A stretch of 64,000 bases of DNA, taken from the NCBI GenBank assembly GCA_963703345.1, contig OY969814.1:1961130-2025129 (forward strand). Direction: 5' to 3'. This document shows, in pieces, positions 11,068-21,044 of this stretch. This DNA comes from an uncultured Chloroflexia bacterium (GTDB lineage Bacteria; Chloroflexota; Dehalococcoidia; DSTF01; JALHUB01). A model generated the notes under the pieces. That model had not been told where the DNA came from and ran no database searches. It saw nothing but the letters and a program-made list of their open reading frames with translations. Position numbers and translations under genes: made by a program. The number at the start of each line of letters is the position of its first letter. Position 1 is the first letter of the stretch.

Positions 11068-12438
11068 TCAATCGGACTGCTCGCCGTCCTTCTTCGCCGT
11101 CTTCCGCAGCCGCTCGTACTCTTCCCAGATGCGTTTCTCCCAGCCCAGCTCGCCCGGCTGATAGTAGCGCCGGCCGCGAAGACGCTCCGGCAGGTGCTCC
11201 TGCTCGACCTGATGCCCCTGGAAGGAGTGCGCGTACTTGTAGTCGCGCCCGTACCCCAGCTCGCGCATGAGGCCGGTGACGGCGTTGCGCAGGTGCAGCG
11301 GCACGGGGTCGTTCCGCATCTCGCGGGCGTCGGCTACGGCGCGACCATAGCCGGTGAGCGCCGAGTTGCTCTTGGGCGCCGTCGCCAGGTAGATCGCGCA
11401 CTCCGCCATCGGCAGGTACCCCTCCGGCATGCCGACGAAGTGGACCGCCTGCTGGCACGCCGTCGCGACGACCAGCGCCTGCGGGTCCGCCAGCCCGACG
11501 TCCTCGGCGGCAAGGATGACCATTCGCCGCACGACGAAGAGCGCGTCCTCGCCCGCCTCGATCATGCGGGCCAGCCAGTAGAGGGCGGCATCGGGGTCGG
11601 AGTCGCGCAGAGACTTGATGAAAGCGGAGATGGTGTCGTAGTGCGCCTCACCGGCCTGATCGTAGAGGTACGTCCGGTGCTGAAGCGCCTCCTCGATGAG
11701 GGCGGCGGTGATTCGCCTGACGCCCTGTTCGTCCGGCGACGCGGCGGCCGCGGCGAGCTCGAGCGCGTTCAGGGCGATGCGTGCGTCGCCGCCGCTGCTT
11801 GCCGCCAGAGTCGCGATTACGTCGTCGTCGATCTCCGGCTTCTCGCGGCCGAGCCCTCGCTCCTCGTCCGCCAGCGCCCGTCGCAGAATCGTCTCCACCT
11901 GTTTCGGCGTCAGCAGGTTCAGCGTGTAGACGCGGCTGCGCGACAGCAACGGCCCGATGACTTCGAACGATGGGTTCTCCGTGGTCGCGCCGATGAGCGT
12001 GACGGTGCCCTCTTCGACGTGCGGGAGGATGACGTCTTGCTGGGCCTTGTTGAAGCGGTGGATCTCGTCGATGAAGAGGATTGTGCGCTGGCCGTAAAGG
12101 GCGCGGCGGTCGCGCGCCTCGGCGACGATGCGACGCAGGTCGCCGACGCCGGCGGTGACGGCGGAGATCGGCTCGAAGTGCGACTTCGTCTGGGCGGAGA
12201 TGATGCGGGCGAGCGTGGTCTTGCCGCTTCCCGGCGGGCCCCAGAAGATCATCGACGGCACCTGGTCGGACTCGATGAGACGCCGGAGCAGCCGGTCTTC
12301 GCCGACGAGGTGCTCCTGGCCCACGAACTCATCGAAGCTGCGCGGCCGCATTCGAGCGGCCAGGGGCGCCTCGCGCTCGCTCTGGGCGCGGGCCCGCTCC
12401 TCGAACATGTCGGGGCGCTTAGGCTTCCTTCGATCCAT
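11068..12438 (-). CDS. rarA: replication-associated recombination protein A (AAA+ ATPase MgsA/RarA)
   Basis: [44 protein letters not shown]...[36 protein letters not shown]. Confidence 0.9.
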   Translation of the reverse strand: MDRRKPKRPDMFEERARAQSEREAPLAARMRPRSFDEFVGQEHLVGEDRLLRRLIESDQVPSMIFWGPPGSGKTTLARIISAQTKSHFEPISAVTAGVGDLRRIVAEARDRRALYGQRTILFIDEIHRFNKAQQDVILPHVEEGTVTLIGATTENPSFEVIGPLLSRSRVYTLNLLTPKQVETILRRALADEERGLGREKPEIDDDVIATLAASSGGDARIALNALELAAAAASPDEQGVRRITAALIEEALQHRTYLYDQAGEAHYDTISAFIKSLRDSDPDAALYWLARMIEAGEDALFVVRRMVILAAEDVGLADPQALVVATACQQAVHFVGMPEGYLPMAECAIYLATAPKSNSALTGYGRAVADAREMRNDPVPLHLRNAVTGLMRELGYGRDYKYAHSFQGHQVEQEHLPERLRGRRYYQPGELGWEKRIWEEYERLRKTAKKDGEQSD

Positions 12439-13078
12439 CTTCGGCGTTCCGTTCAGGGAACCGCTTAACGCCCCACTTCTCCCAGAAAGTCACCTCATCC
12501 ACCGGCAGGCGCCGCGGCGGCCCGAAGCGCCCGAGCGGCCGGCCGACGGGGATAAGCGCCATCGTCTCGATGTCGTCGGGAACGTCCAGGAGCTTCTTAA
12601 CCTCGGCCTCATGCAGTCGATGGAGCGTCGTTATCGTCGTGCCGAGGCCGAGGGCGCGTGCGGCCAGCATGAGGTTCTGAACCGCCGGGAAGATGGAAGA
12701 GCCGGTGACCGACGTCCCGAAGCCCGCCCCCTGTGTCGTGACCATGATGAGCACGGGCGTGTCCGCCAGGTGGTGCGCCAGGTGCTCGGCGGAGCGATAG
12801 GCGCGCCCGAGGCCCTGCGGACCGGAGCCCGGCGGAGGCGCCTCCAGCTTGCCGTAGGTCGCGTCCCAGGCCTGGCGGTAGTACTCGCCGATGCGATGCT
12901 TCGTCTCCGGGTCGCGGATGACGATGAAGTTCCAGGGCTGGCGGTTACCGCCGCTGGGCGCCATCGTCGCGGCTTCGAGGATCGTCCACAGCTCCTCGTC
13001 GGTGACGGGCTCGTCCGAGAAACGGCGCATGGCGCGCAGGGTGCCGATGGCTTCGAAGAGGTCGATTTGCGGTCTCAT
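12419..13078 (-). CDS. nitroreductase family protein
   Basis: MRPQIDLFEAIGTLRAMRRFSDEPVTDEELWTILEAATMAPSGGNRQPWNFIVI is the classic nitroreductase N-terminus; the 3' end overlaps the rarA start by 20 nt. Confidence 0.8.
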   Translation of the reverse strand: MRPQIDLFEAIGTLRAMRRFSDEPVTDEELWTILEAATMAPSGGNRQPWNFIVIRDPETKHRIGEYYRQAWDATYGKLEAPPPGSGPQGLGRAYRSAEHLAHHLADTPVLIMVTTQGAGFGTSVTGSSIFPAVQNLMLAARALGLGTTITTLHRLHEAEVKKLLDVPDDIETMALIPVGRPLGRFGPPRRLPVDEVTFWEKWGVKRFPERNAEDGSKEA

Positions 13079-13136
13079 GGCGTCCCTCCCACCGTCATTG
13101 TAGGCGAGACGGAGGAGCATGACCAGCGGCGCCGGA

Positions 13137-13883
13137 TCAGGAGGTTGGTACGCGTCTTCTGCCCTTCAGCCCCGTCGCCAGCTTCGTCGCGACCTCGCGG
13201 CGAACGCGCGCCGGCAGCTCCGACTCGTGCCGCTCGACGAAGGCTATGACGGCGCCGCGGTCGAACTGGCTGAGGGCGCGCAAAGCCCAGGATAGCGCCT
13301 TTGCCACCATGTCGTCGCGGTCAGACGCGACGAGATCGCAGATCGCCAGCGTGCGCGTGGCCGCCTCGCCCTTCGACTCGCGGCTGAGGGCGACGGTTGA
13401 GACGACGGCGGCGCGTCGCCACCAGCGGTCCGGCGAATGCGCCCAGCGGAGAAACGTCTCGTCGTCCAGCCGGCCTTTCGCCCATGGCGGCCCGCTGATC
13501 GTGCCGGCGAAGGCGTCGACAGAGGCCCAGTTGTCCATGCCGCGTCCCAGCGCTTCGACGCGCTTGACGGTGAGCGCGGCCATGGCACCGCGATGGCGGT
13601 AGATGAGCTCGTAGGCGACCTGGCGGCCTTCGAAGGTGCCGGCGTCGATGACGGCGTCGGCGAGCCGCAGGACGTCTTCGGCGGGCGCATCCCGCAGGCG
13701 CTTCGCGACGTCGCGGACGATGGCGCGGAGGTCGGGCACGGAGACGCCGACGACCTCCAGGGCGGTCGGGAAGTAGGTGACGGCGATGCGCTTTCGCTCC
13801 GGATTGGCGACGGCGCGGAGCCGGGCGTCGATTTCGGCTGTGACGGCGGCGACGTCGATCAACTCAGGGCTAATCCGTCGCAA
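13137..13883 (-). CDS. DNA alkylation repair enzyme (AlkD/AlkC-like HEAT-repeat glycosylase family)
   Basis: All-helical; ...KRIAVTYFPTALEVVGVSVPDLRAIVRDVAKRL...WASVDAFAG...FLRWAHSPDRWWRRAAVV resembles PF08713. Confidence 0.65.
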   Translation of the reverse strand: MRRISPELIDVAAVTAEIDARLRAVANPERKRIAVTYFPTALEVVGVSVPDLRAIVRDVAKRLRDAPAEDVLRLADAVIDAGTFEGRQVAYELIYRHRGAMAALTVKRVEALGRGMDNWASVDAFAGTISGPPWAKGRLDDETFLRWAHSPDRWWRRAAVVSTVALSRESKGEAATRTLAICDLVASDRDDMVAKALSWALRALSQFDRGAVIAFVERHESELPARVRREVATKLATGLKGRRRVPTS

Positions 13884-14047
13884 TCATGAGGTTTGTCGCC
13901 CTGATGACGGCGTGTGTTGCGAGCGCTTATCTTCATGATTCCGCGCCTTCCTGCGCTTTTCCTCAGCTTACCATATCGGCCAGTCGGACTTGACACCTAC
14001 GCCCTCGTGGGGCGACAATCTGGCATCGCTAGCGAATGGAGCGTAGC

Positions 14048-14380
14048 ATGAAAGTGCTCTTCCTTCTCCTGGCGCTGTTCCTGTCGAGCGCGGCGCTGAC
14101 CGCTGCCTGCGGCGGGAATGACCAAGCGGCAGCAACACCCACCCCGACGCAAGCGGCACGAACGCCCCCTCCGATCACGGCTTCGGGCCAGTCGACAGAC
14201 CGCGCCGGTTGCGATCCGTCTTATCCCGACGCGTGTTTGAAGGATGGCATCGGTGACTACGACTGCGCGGGCGGCACGGGTAACGGCCCGAACTACGTCA
14301 AGGGCCCCATTCGCGTGCTGCCGCCCGACCCTTTCCGCCTCGACAGCGACCACAATGGCTGGGGGTGCGAGAGCCACTGA
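14048..14380 (+). CDS. secreted lipoprotein with an Excalibur-like calcium-binding domain
   Basis: Signal peptide plus lipobox (LTAACGG); C-terminal CDPSYPDACLKDGIGDYDCAGGTGNGPNYVKGPIRVLPPDPFRLDSDHNGWGCE has the Excalibur DxDxDGxxCE pattern. Confidence 0.7.
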   Translation: MKVLFLLLALFLSSAALTAACGGNDQAAATPTPTQAARTPPPITASGQSTDRAGCDPSYPDACLKDGIGDYDCAGGTGNGPNYVKGPIRVLPPDPFRLDSDHNGWGCESH

Positions 14381-14420
14381 GCGAAGGCCGCGAGGAATCC
14401 TCTTCGCGCGCGAACCGCGC

Positions 14421-16121
14421 CTAGTCCTCGATGATCACGGTGCCCTGCGAGCCGTCGACGGTGATGATCTGGCCCGTCCTGATGCACTGCGTCGCGGTCT
14501 TGACGCCGACGACCGCCGGCAGGCCGTACTCGCGGGCGACGATGGAGCCGTGCGACAGCGTGCCGCCTATGTCCACGACAAGCCCCGCCACGACGACGAA
14601 TAGCGGCGTCCAGCCGGCGTCGGTCACCGGCGCGACGAGTATCTCCCCGCGTTTGACCTCGACGTTGTCGCGGGGGTCGTGGACGACGCGGGCGGGGCCG
14701 GTCGCGCGCCCCGGCGAGACGGGAAGCCCCCGCAAGACCTGGCCCGGAGTCAACGACGGCGCGGCGCTTAGAGGTCGCGGGCGTCCGGCGAAGGCGTCGG
14801 GCAGAACGACGACCCGGTTTCGCTCCTCCTCCTCGCGGCGGCGACGCACTCTGGTCATGGCTTCCGCCGGGTCGAGCCTTCCCTCCGCCAGGTCGGTAGC
14901 TTCGTCCCAGGTGAGGTAGTAGATGTCGTCGGGCTTCGTCAGGCGCCCGTCGGCGCTGAGGCGTTGGCTGAGCTCGCGCATCAGACGGCGAAAGTGGTCG
15001 TTGGCGCGGATGAGGAGCGACTTCGTGCGCTCCCGCTGCGCCAGGCTGTTGCGGGCGTCGCGGAGGGCCCAGCGAAACGCCCAATGCCTGCGCCTGCCGA
15101 CGCGCCGCACAGCGTCCTTCTCAGCGACCTCGCGTTCGCGGCGCTGGTGTTCCTCCATCGAGTGGGGGTCGGCGGCGGGATCGGCGTTGAGGTAGCTCCT
15201 GATCATCGTGAACACGCAGGGCATGTCGTCCGTCCACGTGGGGCTGGAAAGATCGCCCTCCCTGACAGCGCGATGGCCGTGGCGCCCCAGGAATTCGGCG
15301 AGGCGGGCGCGAAATGGGCCGGCGGCACCTTCGTCGAGGCTGTTCAGCGTGCATTCGATCTCCGCGCCGTCGCCGGAAGCAAACGCATCACATAGCGCCG
15401 GCGAGGACAGGACGAGGCGCGAGAGGTCCCACAGGTCGAAGGCGGGACGGGCGCTCTCGACGCTGCCGGCGCTGCAGAGCGTCGCGTGGAGAGAACCATC
15501 GTCGCCGAGCCAGTCGGCCGTGCGCTGCCGCAGCCGCTCGAAGCTGAGGCCGGCGGACGCGGACGCCATCAAGTGGACGCTGGCATGAGGGGCCGTCTTG
15601 GCGCGCCCGTCGCGGACCGTCGCCGTCAGCTCTTCGAGGGAAAGCTGCGCAAGAGGGCGCAGGCTTTCCTCCGACTCATTCCCCTCGACCACGCGCTGGA
15701 AGCCGCGTATCTCCGCCGGCAATCGAAGCCAGACCCAGAGCACGCGGACGGCGGTGACGCCGCGGCGGAGGCGCTCGACGGGCGAACGGCGGACCGGCGC
15801 TGTTTCGGAGCGCGCGACGCCGAAGTACTGCTCGTCGAGACCGTCGTTGCCGGAGCCTTTGTCCGCCGCTTCTCGCAAGAGCGAGGCGTTGAGGAAGGGA
15901 CGGCCGTAGAAGAGGGCCATAAATGGGTCAGGGTTGCTGATCTTGATGCCGGCGCGTCCGATCATGCGGCGCCAGGCCCGATCCATCACGTCGCTCATGA
16001 GCGACCAGGCGAGCGGCGAAACGGCGCCGGGGAGCACCTCCTGCACGTTCGCGGACGTCCAGACGGTGTCGGGGTGCGCCTGCGTGTCGAACTCGCATTC
16101 GGCCCTGGTGGCTGTGTCCAT
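14421..16121 (-). CDS. PEP-utilizing enzyme family protein (rifampicin-phosphotransferase/PEP-synthase-like central domain plus C-terminal phosphohistidine swivel domain) that lacks the N-terminal ATP-grasp domain
   Basis: N-terminus WTSANVQEVLPGAVSPLAWS corresponds to the start of the central domain of RPH/PpsA-like proteins; C-terminus VAPVTDAGWTPLFVVVAGLVVDIGGTLSHGSIVAREYGLPAVVGV is the PEP-utilizers mobile domain; SD GGAGGG before the ATG at 16121. Confidence 0.7.
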   Translation of the reverse strand: MDTATRAECEFDTQAHPDTVWTSANVQEVLPGAVSPLAWSLMSDVMDRAWRRMIGRAGIKISNPDPFMALFYGRPFLNASLLREAADKGSGNDGLDEQYFGVARSETAPVRRSPVERLRRGVTAVRVLWVWLRLPAEIRGFQRVVEGNESEESLRPLAQLSLEELTATVRDGRAKTAPHASVHLMASASAGLSFERLRQRTADWLGDDGSLHATLCSAGSVESARPAFDLWDLSRLVLSSPALCDAFASGDGAEIECTLNSLDEGAAGPFRARLAEFLGRHGHRAVREGDLSSPTWTDDMPCVFTMIRSYLNADPAADPHSMEEHQRREREVAEKDAVRRVGRRRHWAFRWALRDARNSLAQRERTKSLLIRANDHFRRLMRELSQRLSADGRLTKPDDIYYLTWDEATDLAEGRLDPAEAMTRVRRRREEEERNRVVVLPDAFAGRPRPLSAAPSLTPGQVLRGLPVSPGRATGPARVVHDPRDNVEVKRGEILVAPVTDAGWTPLFVVVAGLVVDIGGTLSHGSIVAREYGLPAVVGVKTATQCIRTGQIITVDGSQGTVIIED

Positions 16122-16144
16122 ACTTCGAGCCCTCCGGCTGTCGT

Positions 16145-18538
16145 TTAGCTCGCCAGATGAACTATTGTGACGCCTTCGCCGCCCTCTTCCCGCGGCGCGA
16201 AATCATAGTCCTTCACCAGCGGGTGCGAGGAGAGCATCTGCCGCACGGCTCGTGCCAGGGTGCCGGTCCCCTTGCCATGGACGATGCGCACCCAGGGCAA
16301 CCGCGCGCGGAAGGCATCGTCGAGGTACTTGTCGAGGTCAGGCAGCGCCTCGTCGACCAGGCGACCGCGCATCTGTATCTCCATCGGCACGGACGGCGGC
16401 GGCGGCGTGACGGGCGCCGTCCCACCGATGACCGGACCGTGCGCCTTGACGCGCTGCACCTTCTCGACTTTCTTCAGCGGCACCTGGCTGTGCAGCGAGC
16501 CCAGCCGGATGGCCACTTCGCCCTTCTCGTCCGGCGGCGACAGCGCTTCGCCGAAGCGGCCCAGCCCGCGCACCCAGACGATGTCGCCGGCCTGTATCTC
16601 TTCCGGCAGCACGAGGTCGCCTCCCTTGCGACGGCGGCGTCTGGGAGACGGAGGCGGCGGCTTCAGCGCCTCGGCCACGGCTTCGGCGGCGGCGACCTTC
16701 TCGGCGGCCGCCTCGGGCTTCTGACGCTCGATGCGACGACCGGCGTGCGCCAGGAGCTGTCGGACTCGAGCGAGCTCTTCCTCCGCCTCGTTGCGGGCGT
16801 TGGCGAGGATCTGCTCGCGCTCCTCTTCGATGGCGTCGAGCTTGTCCTCCAGGCGCAGGCGTATCTCCTCCGCTTCCTTGCGGGCGAGCAGCTCGGCGCG
16901 ACGGGCGTCCTCGGCGGCGGCGCGCTCGCGCTGGATCTCGGCCAGGAGGCTTTCGGCGTGCGCCCGCTCCGGCTCGATGGACGCGCGGGCGGCGGCTATA
17001 ACGTCCTTCGGCAGGCCCAGCCGCTCGGCGATTGCGAGGGCGTTACTGCTGCCGGGCAGGCCGATGGCGATGCGATAGGTCGGCGCCAGCGTCTCCGTGT
17101 CGAACTCGACGGAGGCGTTCATGACGCCGCTGGTGCTGTGCGCGAAGACCTTGAGCTCGCCGTGGTGGGTCGTCGCGACCGTCAGGCAGGCGGTGGCGAG
17201 GACACGTTCGAGGAGGGCGCGGGCCAGCGCGGCGCCTTCGTCGGGGTCGGTGCCAGCGCCGAGCTCGTCGAGGAGCACAAGGCTGTTGGGGCCGGCCCCG
17301 GCGAGGATGCCGATGATGTTCGTCATGTGGCTGCTGAAGGTGGAAAGCGACTGCTCGATACTCTGCTCGTCGCCGATATCGGCGAGGACGGCGTCGAAAA
17401 CGGGCAGGCGGCTGCCGGCGTCGGCGGGCACAGGCAGGCCGGCCTGGGCCATCGCGCTCATCAGCCCGACCGTCTTCAGGGCGACCGTCTTGCCGCCGGT
17501 GTTCGGGCCGGTAATGAGCAGCACGCTGTAGTTGCCACCGACGGAGAGCGAGGTGGGGACGGCCTCGCCGCGGAGCAGCGGATGGCGGGCGTTCACGAGG
17601 TGAAGGGCGTCGGGCGGGCGCGTCAGCCAGGGCTGCGATTCGCCGTCGTAAGGCAGCTCCGTCGCGCCGAGCTCTTCGGCGAGGGCGGCCTTGGCGAAAG
17701 CGAGGTCGAGCTCCGCCAGCGATTCGATGTTGACGCCGATGGCGTGGGCGGAGCGGCCGGCAAGCGCGCTGAGACGGCGGAGAACGCGCTCGACCTCCCG
17801 CTGCTCCTCGGCCTGCGTTTCGCGCCAGGTGTTGCCGAGGTCGACGACCGCGAGGGGCTCGATGAACACGGTGGCGCCGCTCGCCGACACGTCGTGGATG
17901 ATGCCGCGCACCTGGCCGCCGGCTTCGACTTTGATTGGGATGACGTAGCGGCCTTCCCGCAGGGTGATGATGGGCTCCTGGATGGCGGCGCGCATGTCCG
18001 GCGCCGTCAGAAGCTCCTGGAGCTTGGCGTAGAGGCGGTCGTGCACCGTGTGGAGATCGCGGCGGACGATAGCGAGCGCCGGGCTGGCGGCGTCGGCGAT
18101 CTCGGCACGCGGCGTGATGCAGCGATAGATCTCTCCGGCGACTTCGGCGAGGTCGGTGATGCGCTCGGCGATCTCCACGAGGAGCGGCAGCTTGTTCGCG
18201 GGCAGTCCGCCGAGCCGGACCAACGTCTCCTTGAGGCCGCGGCCCGCCGCCAGCGTGCCGGCGACGTCGAGCAGCTCCGACGGCTCGAGGATGCCGCCGA
18301 GGTTCGCCTTGTTGGCAAGCTGTCGCACATCGTGGACGCCGCCGAGGCCGCTGCGGGGCTGCATCTCGCGCAGGCGTCGCGCTTCGGCAGTGAGACGCTG
18401 TCGGCGGACCACCTCGTCGTAGTCCGTGGACGGGCGCAGCGACACGGCGAGGTCGCGGCCGGCGGAGAACGAGGTGTGCTTCGCCAGTCGCGCCAGCACC
18501 TTCTCGAACTCGAGCGTGGCAAGGGTCTTCTCGTCCAT
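16145..18538 (-). CDS. mutS2: endonuclease MutS2 (MutS domain plus C-terminal Smr domain)
   Basis: LITGPNTGGKTVALKTVGL Walker A and DELGAGTDPDEG, with a C-terminal Smr domain (IVHGKGTGTLARAVRQML...). Confidence 0.9.
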   Translation of the reverse strand: MDEKTLATLEFEKVLARLAKHTSFSAGRDLAVSLRPSTDYDEVVRRQRLTAEARRLREMQPRSGLGGVHDVRQLANKANLGGILEPSELLDVAGTLAAGRGLKETLVRLGGLPANKLPLLVEIAERITDLAEVAGEIYRCITPRAEIADAASPALAIVRRDLHTVHDRLYAKLQELLTAPDMRAAIQEPIITLREGRYVIPIKVEAGGQVRGIIHDVSASGATVFIEPLAVVDLGNTWRETQAEEQREVERVLRRLSALAGRSAHAIGVNIESLAELDLAFAKAALAEELGATELPYDGESQPWLTRPPDALHLVNARHPLLRGEAVPTSLSVGGNYSVLLITGPNTGGKTVALKTVGLMSAMAQAGLPVPADAGSRLPVFDAVLADIGDEQSIEQSLSTFSSHMTNIIGILAGAGPNSLVLLDELGAGTDPDEGAALARALLERVLATACLTVATTHHGELKVFAHSTSGVMNASVEFDTETLAPTYRIAIGLPGSSNALAIAERLGLPKDVIAAARASIEPERAHAESLLAEIQRERAAAEDARRAELLARKEAEEIRLRLEDKLDAIEEEREQILANARNEAEEELARVRQLLAHAGRRIERQKPEAAAEKVAAAEAVAEALKPPPPSPRRRRRKGGDLVLPEEIQAGDIVWVRGLGRFGEALSPPDEKGEVAIRLGSLHSQVPLKKVEKVQRVKAHGPVIGGTAPVTPPPPSVPMEIQMRGRLVDEALPDLDKYLDDAFRARLPWVRIVHGKGTGTLARAVRQMLSSHPLVKDYDFAPREEGGEGVTIVHLAS

Positions 18539-18595
18539 GGGAGAGTATTGTAGCAGACTCCGCGGTTCAGCAGAGATGGAGATGCAGAGGAAGGT

Positions 18596-19414
18596 CTAGT
18601 CGAGGGAGAGCCAGATGCGGTAGAGCCGGCGCCGCGGCAGGCCATAGAGTTTTGAGAGCTGCGCCGTCGCGGCCTGGGCGCCCACGCCTTCTTCGCGCAG
18701 CCGCCGCATCTCGGCGATGACCTCCGGCGGGACCGCTTCGTCGGCTGACGCAGCAGGAGCGCTGGCGATGACCAGCGTGAACTCGCCGCGAGGCTCCGCG
18801 AAGTGCCGCAGGGCGTCGGAGACGCGGCCGCGAAACACCTCCTCGTAGAGCTTCGTCAGCTCGCGGCAGACGGCGACGTCGCGGTCACCCAGCGCCTGCT
18901 CGATGTCGGCCAGCGTCTGGCGCAGGCGGTGCGGCGCCTCGAAGGCGACAAGCGTCTCTTCGCGCGCTGCCAGCGACTGGAGCAGGCGTCGACGCTCCGT
19001 TGCCTGACGCGGCAGGAAGCCGAGGTACGTGAACGCGCGGGTCGACAGGCTGGAGACGGCAAGCGCGGTCGTAATCGCCGAGGGGCCAGGCACGGGCACG
19101 ACCGGAATGCCGGCGGCGTAGGCGGCGCGCACAAGGTCCTGCCCGGGGTCGCTTATCGCCGGCATGCCGGCTTCGGAGACGAGCGCAACGTCGCCCTCCA
19201 TCAGCTTCGCGAGGATGACCGATGTTTTCGAGCGCTTGTTGCGGTCGTTGTAGCTGGTCAGCGGCGTGTGGATGTCGTAGTGCGAGAGCAACTTCCGTGT
19301 CGTGCGCGTGTCTTCCGCGGCGATGAGACTCACCTCTCGGAGCGTTCGCAGCGCCCGCAGCGTCACGTCCTCCAGGTTGCCAATCGGCGTCGCGACGAGA
19401 TAGAACGTGCCCAT
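18596..19414 (-). CDS. rsmI: 16S rRNA (cytidine1402-2'-O)-methyltransferase
   Basis: MGTFYLVATPIGNLEDVTLRALRTLREVSLIAAEDTRTTRKLL... Confidence 0.9.
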   Translation of the reverse strand: MGTFYLVATPIGNLEDVTLRALRTLREVSLIAAEDTRTTRKLLSHYDIHTPLTSYNDRNKRSKTSVILAKLMEGDVALVSEAGMPAISDPGQDLVRAAYAAGIPVVPVPGPSAITTALAVSSLSTRAFTYLGFLPRQATERRRLLQSLAAREETLVAFEAPHRLRQTLADIEQALGDRDVAVCRELTKLYEEVFRGRVSDALRHFAEPRGEFTLVIASAPAASADEAVPPEVIAEMRRLREEGVGAQAATAQLSKLYGLPRRRLYRIWLSLD

Positions 19415-19476
19415 TATGTCAAGAGTTGCCCTAACGACTATCTTTTTTCGGAATTATATCAGATCGTCACAGATTC

Positions 19477-19511
19477 GCGTTGACCTCTCCGCCCCCGCTT
19501 GGTATAGTTTC
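19477..19511 (+). promoter_or_regulatory. sigma70-like promoter for the IMPDH-family gene (TTGACC-N17-TATAGT)
   Basis: gcgTTGACCtctccgcccccgcttggTATAGTttc. Confidence 0.4.
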
Positions 19512-19639
19512 ACTATACTCCTCGCAGTTCCCCACGCCGAAGGGAGGGCAGCGCAATGAGGGACGTTGGCTGGCAAGGCGTCCCGGGTCGGGCGTCCGCA
19601 TCCTCGGCGGCGGTCGTCGACGCTGAGCAGCGGGAAGAG

Positions 19640-20779
19640 ATGCGCCTGGCGCCGCCCGGCGCAAAGCAGATGCGCCGCGCTTACGGCTTCGACGAAGTCG
19701 CCATCGTCCCCGGCGACGTCACGATCAACCCGGAGCTCGTCGATATCTCCTTCGCTCTCGGCGATGTCAAGCTGCGACTGCCGTTCCTCGCGGCCGGTAT
19801 GGATGCGGTAGTCGATCCCCGTTCGGCCGCCATCTTCTCGCAGCTCGGTGGGCTTGCCGTCCTCAACGTCGACGGCCTGCAGACGCGCTACCAAGACCCG
19901 GAAGGCGTTCTTCGAGAGATAGCCGCCGCGTCGCAGGAGACCGTGGGCGCGCTTCTCCAGCGAATCTACTCGCAGCCGGTGCGCCTCGACCTCGTCGGCG
20001 AGCGCGTGCGCGCTGTCAAGCGAGAGGGCGCGCTCTGCGCCGTCTCCTGCACGCCGGCGAATGCCAAGCGCTTCGCGCCGGTAGCCGTAGAAGCCGGCGT
20101 GGACGTGTTCGTCGTCCAGTCGACCGTGACGACGGCGCGTCACAGCTCGCGCAGCCTGGAGGGCCTTCGCTTCGAGAAGCTGTGCGAGCAGGTGCCGGTG
20201 CCCGTGATCGTCGGCAACACCGTCAGCTTCGGCCCCTGCAAAGACCTAATGGAGACCGGCATTGCGGCCGTGCTCGTCGGCGTCGGCCCGAGCGTCATCT
20301 GCACCACGCGCGACGTCCTGGGCATCGGCGTGCCGCAGGTGACGGCGATAATCGACTGCGCCGCCGCCCGCGACGCGTACCAGCGGGAAAGCGGCCGCTA
20401 CGTGCCGATAATCGCCGACGGCGGCATCCACACCGGCGGCGACCTGTGCAAGGCGTTCGCTGCCGGCGCGGACGCCGCGATGCTGGGGACGCTTCTGGCT
20501 GTTGCGGAGGAAGCGCCGGGCCGCGGCTACCACTGGGGCATGTCGGCGCCGCACGCGGAGCTGCCACGGGGCAAGCGCGTGCACGTGGGCGTGCGGGCGA
20601 GCCTGGAGAAGATCCTCTACGGGCCGACCTCTCGCAGCGACGGCACGGAGAACCTTGCCGGCGTTCTGCGGACCGCGCTCGGTGTCTGCGGGGCGAGCAA
20701 CGTCCGCGAGTTCCACCAGGCGGAGATGGTGATTGCGCCTTCAATAAAGACTGAAGGGAAGACGATCACTTCGGCCTGA
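19640..20779 (+). CDS. IMP dehydrogenase/GMP reductase family protein without a CBS insert (GuaB3-like)
   Basis: RRAYGFDEVAIVPGDVT..., catalytic-loop region GVGPSVICTTRDVLGIGVPQVTAI, IADGGIHTGGDLCKAFAAGADAAMLG; start chosen at the internal ATG (19640) about 11 aa before RRAYGF. Confidence 0.8.
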   Translation: MRLAPPGAKQMRRAYGFDEVAIVPGDVTINPELVDISFALGDVKLRLPFLAAGMDAVVDPRSAAIFSQLGGLAVLNVDGLQTRYQDPEGVLREIAAASQETVGALLQRIYSQPVRLDLVGERVRAVKREGALCAVSCTPANAKRFAPVAVEAGVDVFVVQSTVTTARHSSRSLEGLRFEKLCEQVPVPVIVGNTVSFGPCKDLMETGIAAVLVGVGPSVICTTRDVLGIGVPQVTAIIDCAAARDAYQRESGRYVPIIADGGIHTGGDLCKAFAAGADAAMLGTLLAVAEEAPGRGYHWGMSAPHAELPRGKRVHVGVRASLEKILYGPTSRSDGTENLAGVLRTALGVCGASNVREFHQAEMVIAPSIKTEGKTITSA

Positions 20780-20813
20780 GGCGACCGCTCCAAACAACTG
20801 CGCGCTGACAGCT

Positions 20814-20900
20814 TGGTGGGCGATGCAGGGCTCGAACCTGCGACCTTCTGGGTGTTAAGCATCTGCGCCTGAGCGCTGTGCAACGGAATCAGCACCCCCG
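20814..20900 (-). other. tRNA-like 3' element: perfect T-arm, 3' acceptor strand and encoded CCA, but no canonical 5' cloverleaf (truncated tRNA, att-site remnant or atypical tRNA)
   Basis: The minus strand reads ...GGTCGCAGGTTCGAGCCCTGCATCGCCCACCA; the ~55 nt upstream (GGGTGCTGATTCCGTTGCACAGCGCTCAGGCGCAGATGCTTAACACCCAGAAG) cannot be hand-folded into a D arm or anticodon arm, and the 5' acceptor complement GGGYGRT is absent (best match GGGTGCT, one mismatch). Confidence 0.5.
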
Positions 20901-21044
20901 AGCGAAAACGCGGAAGTTATCATCTGGAACCTGAGGCTCAAGGCCGGCCTTGTCCGCAAGAAGCCGCGATGGCGCGAAGCCCTGCGTCGCGCGTTTCCCA
21001 TGGAAACCTAGTATCGTGTGACGTCTTTGTTGTTTGGGATGAAG

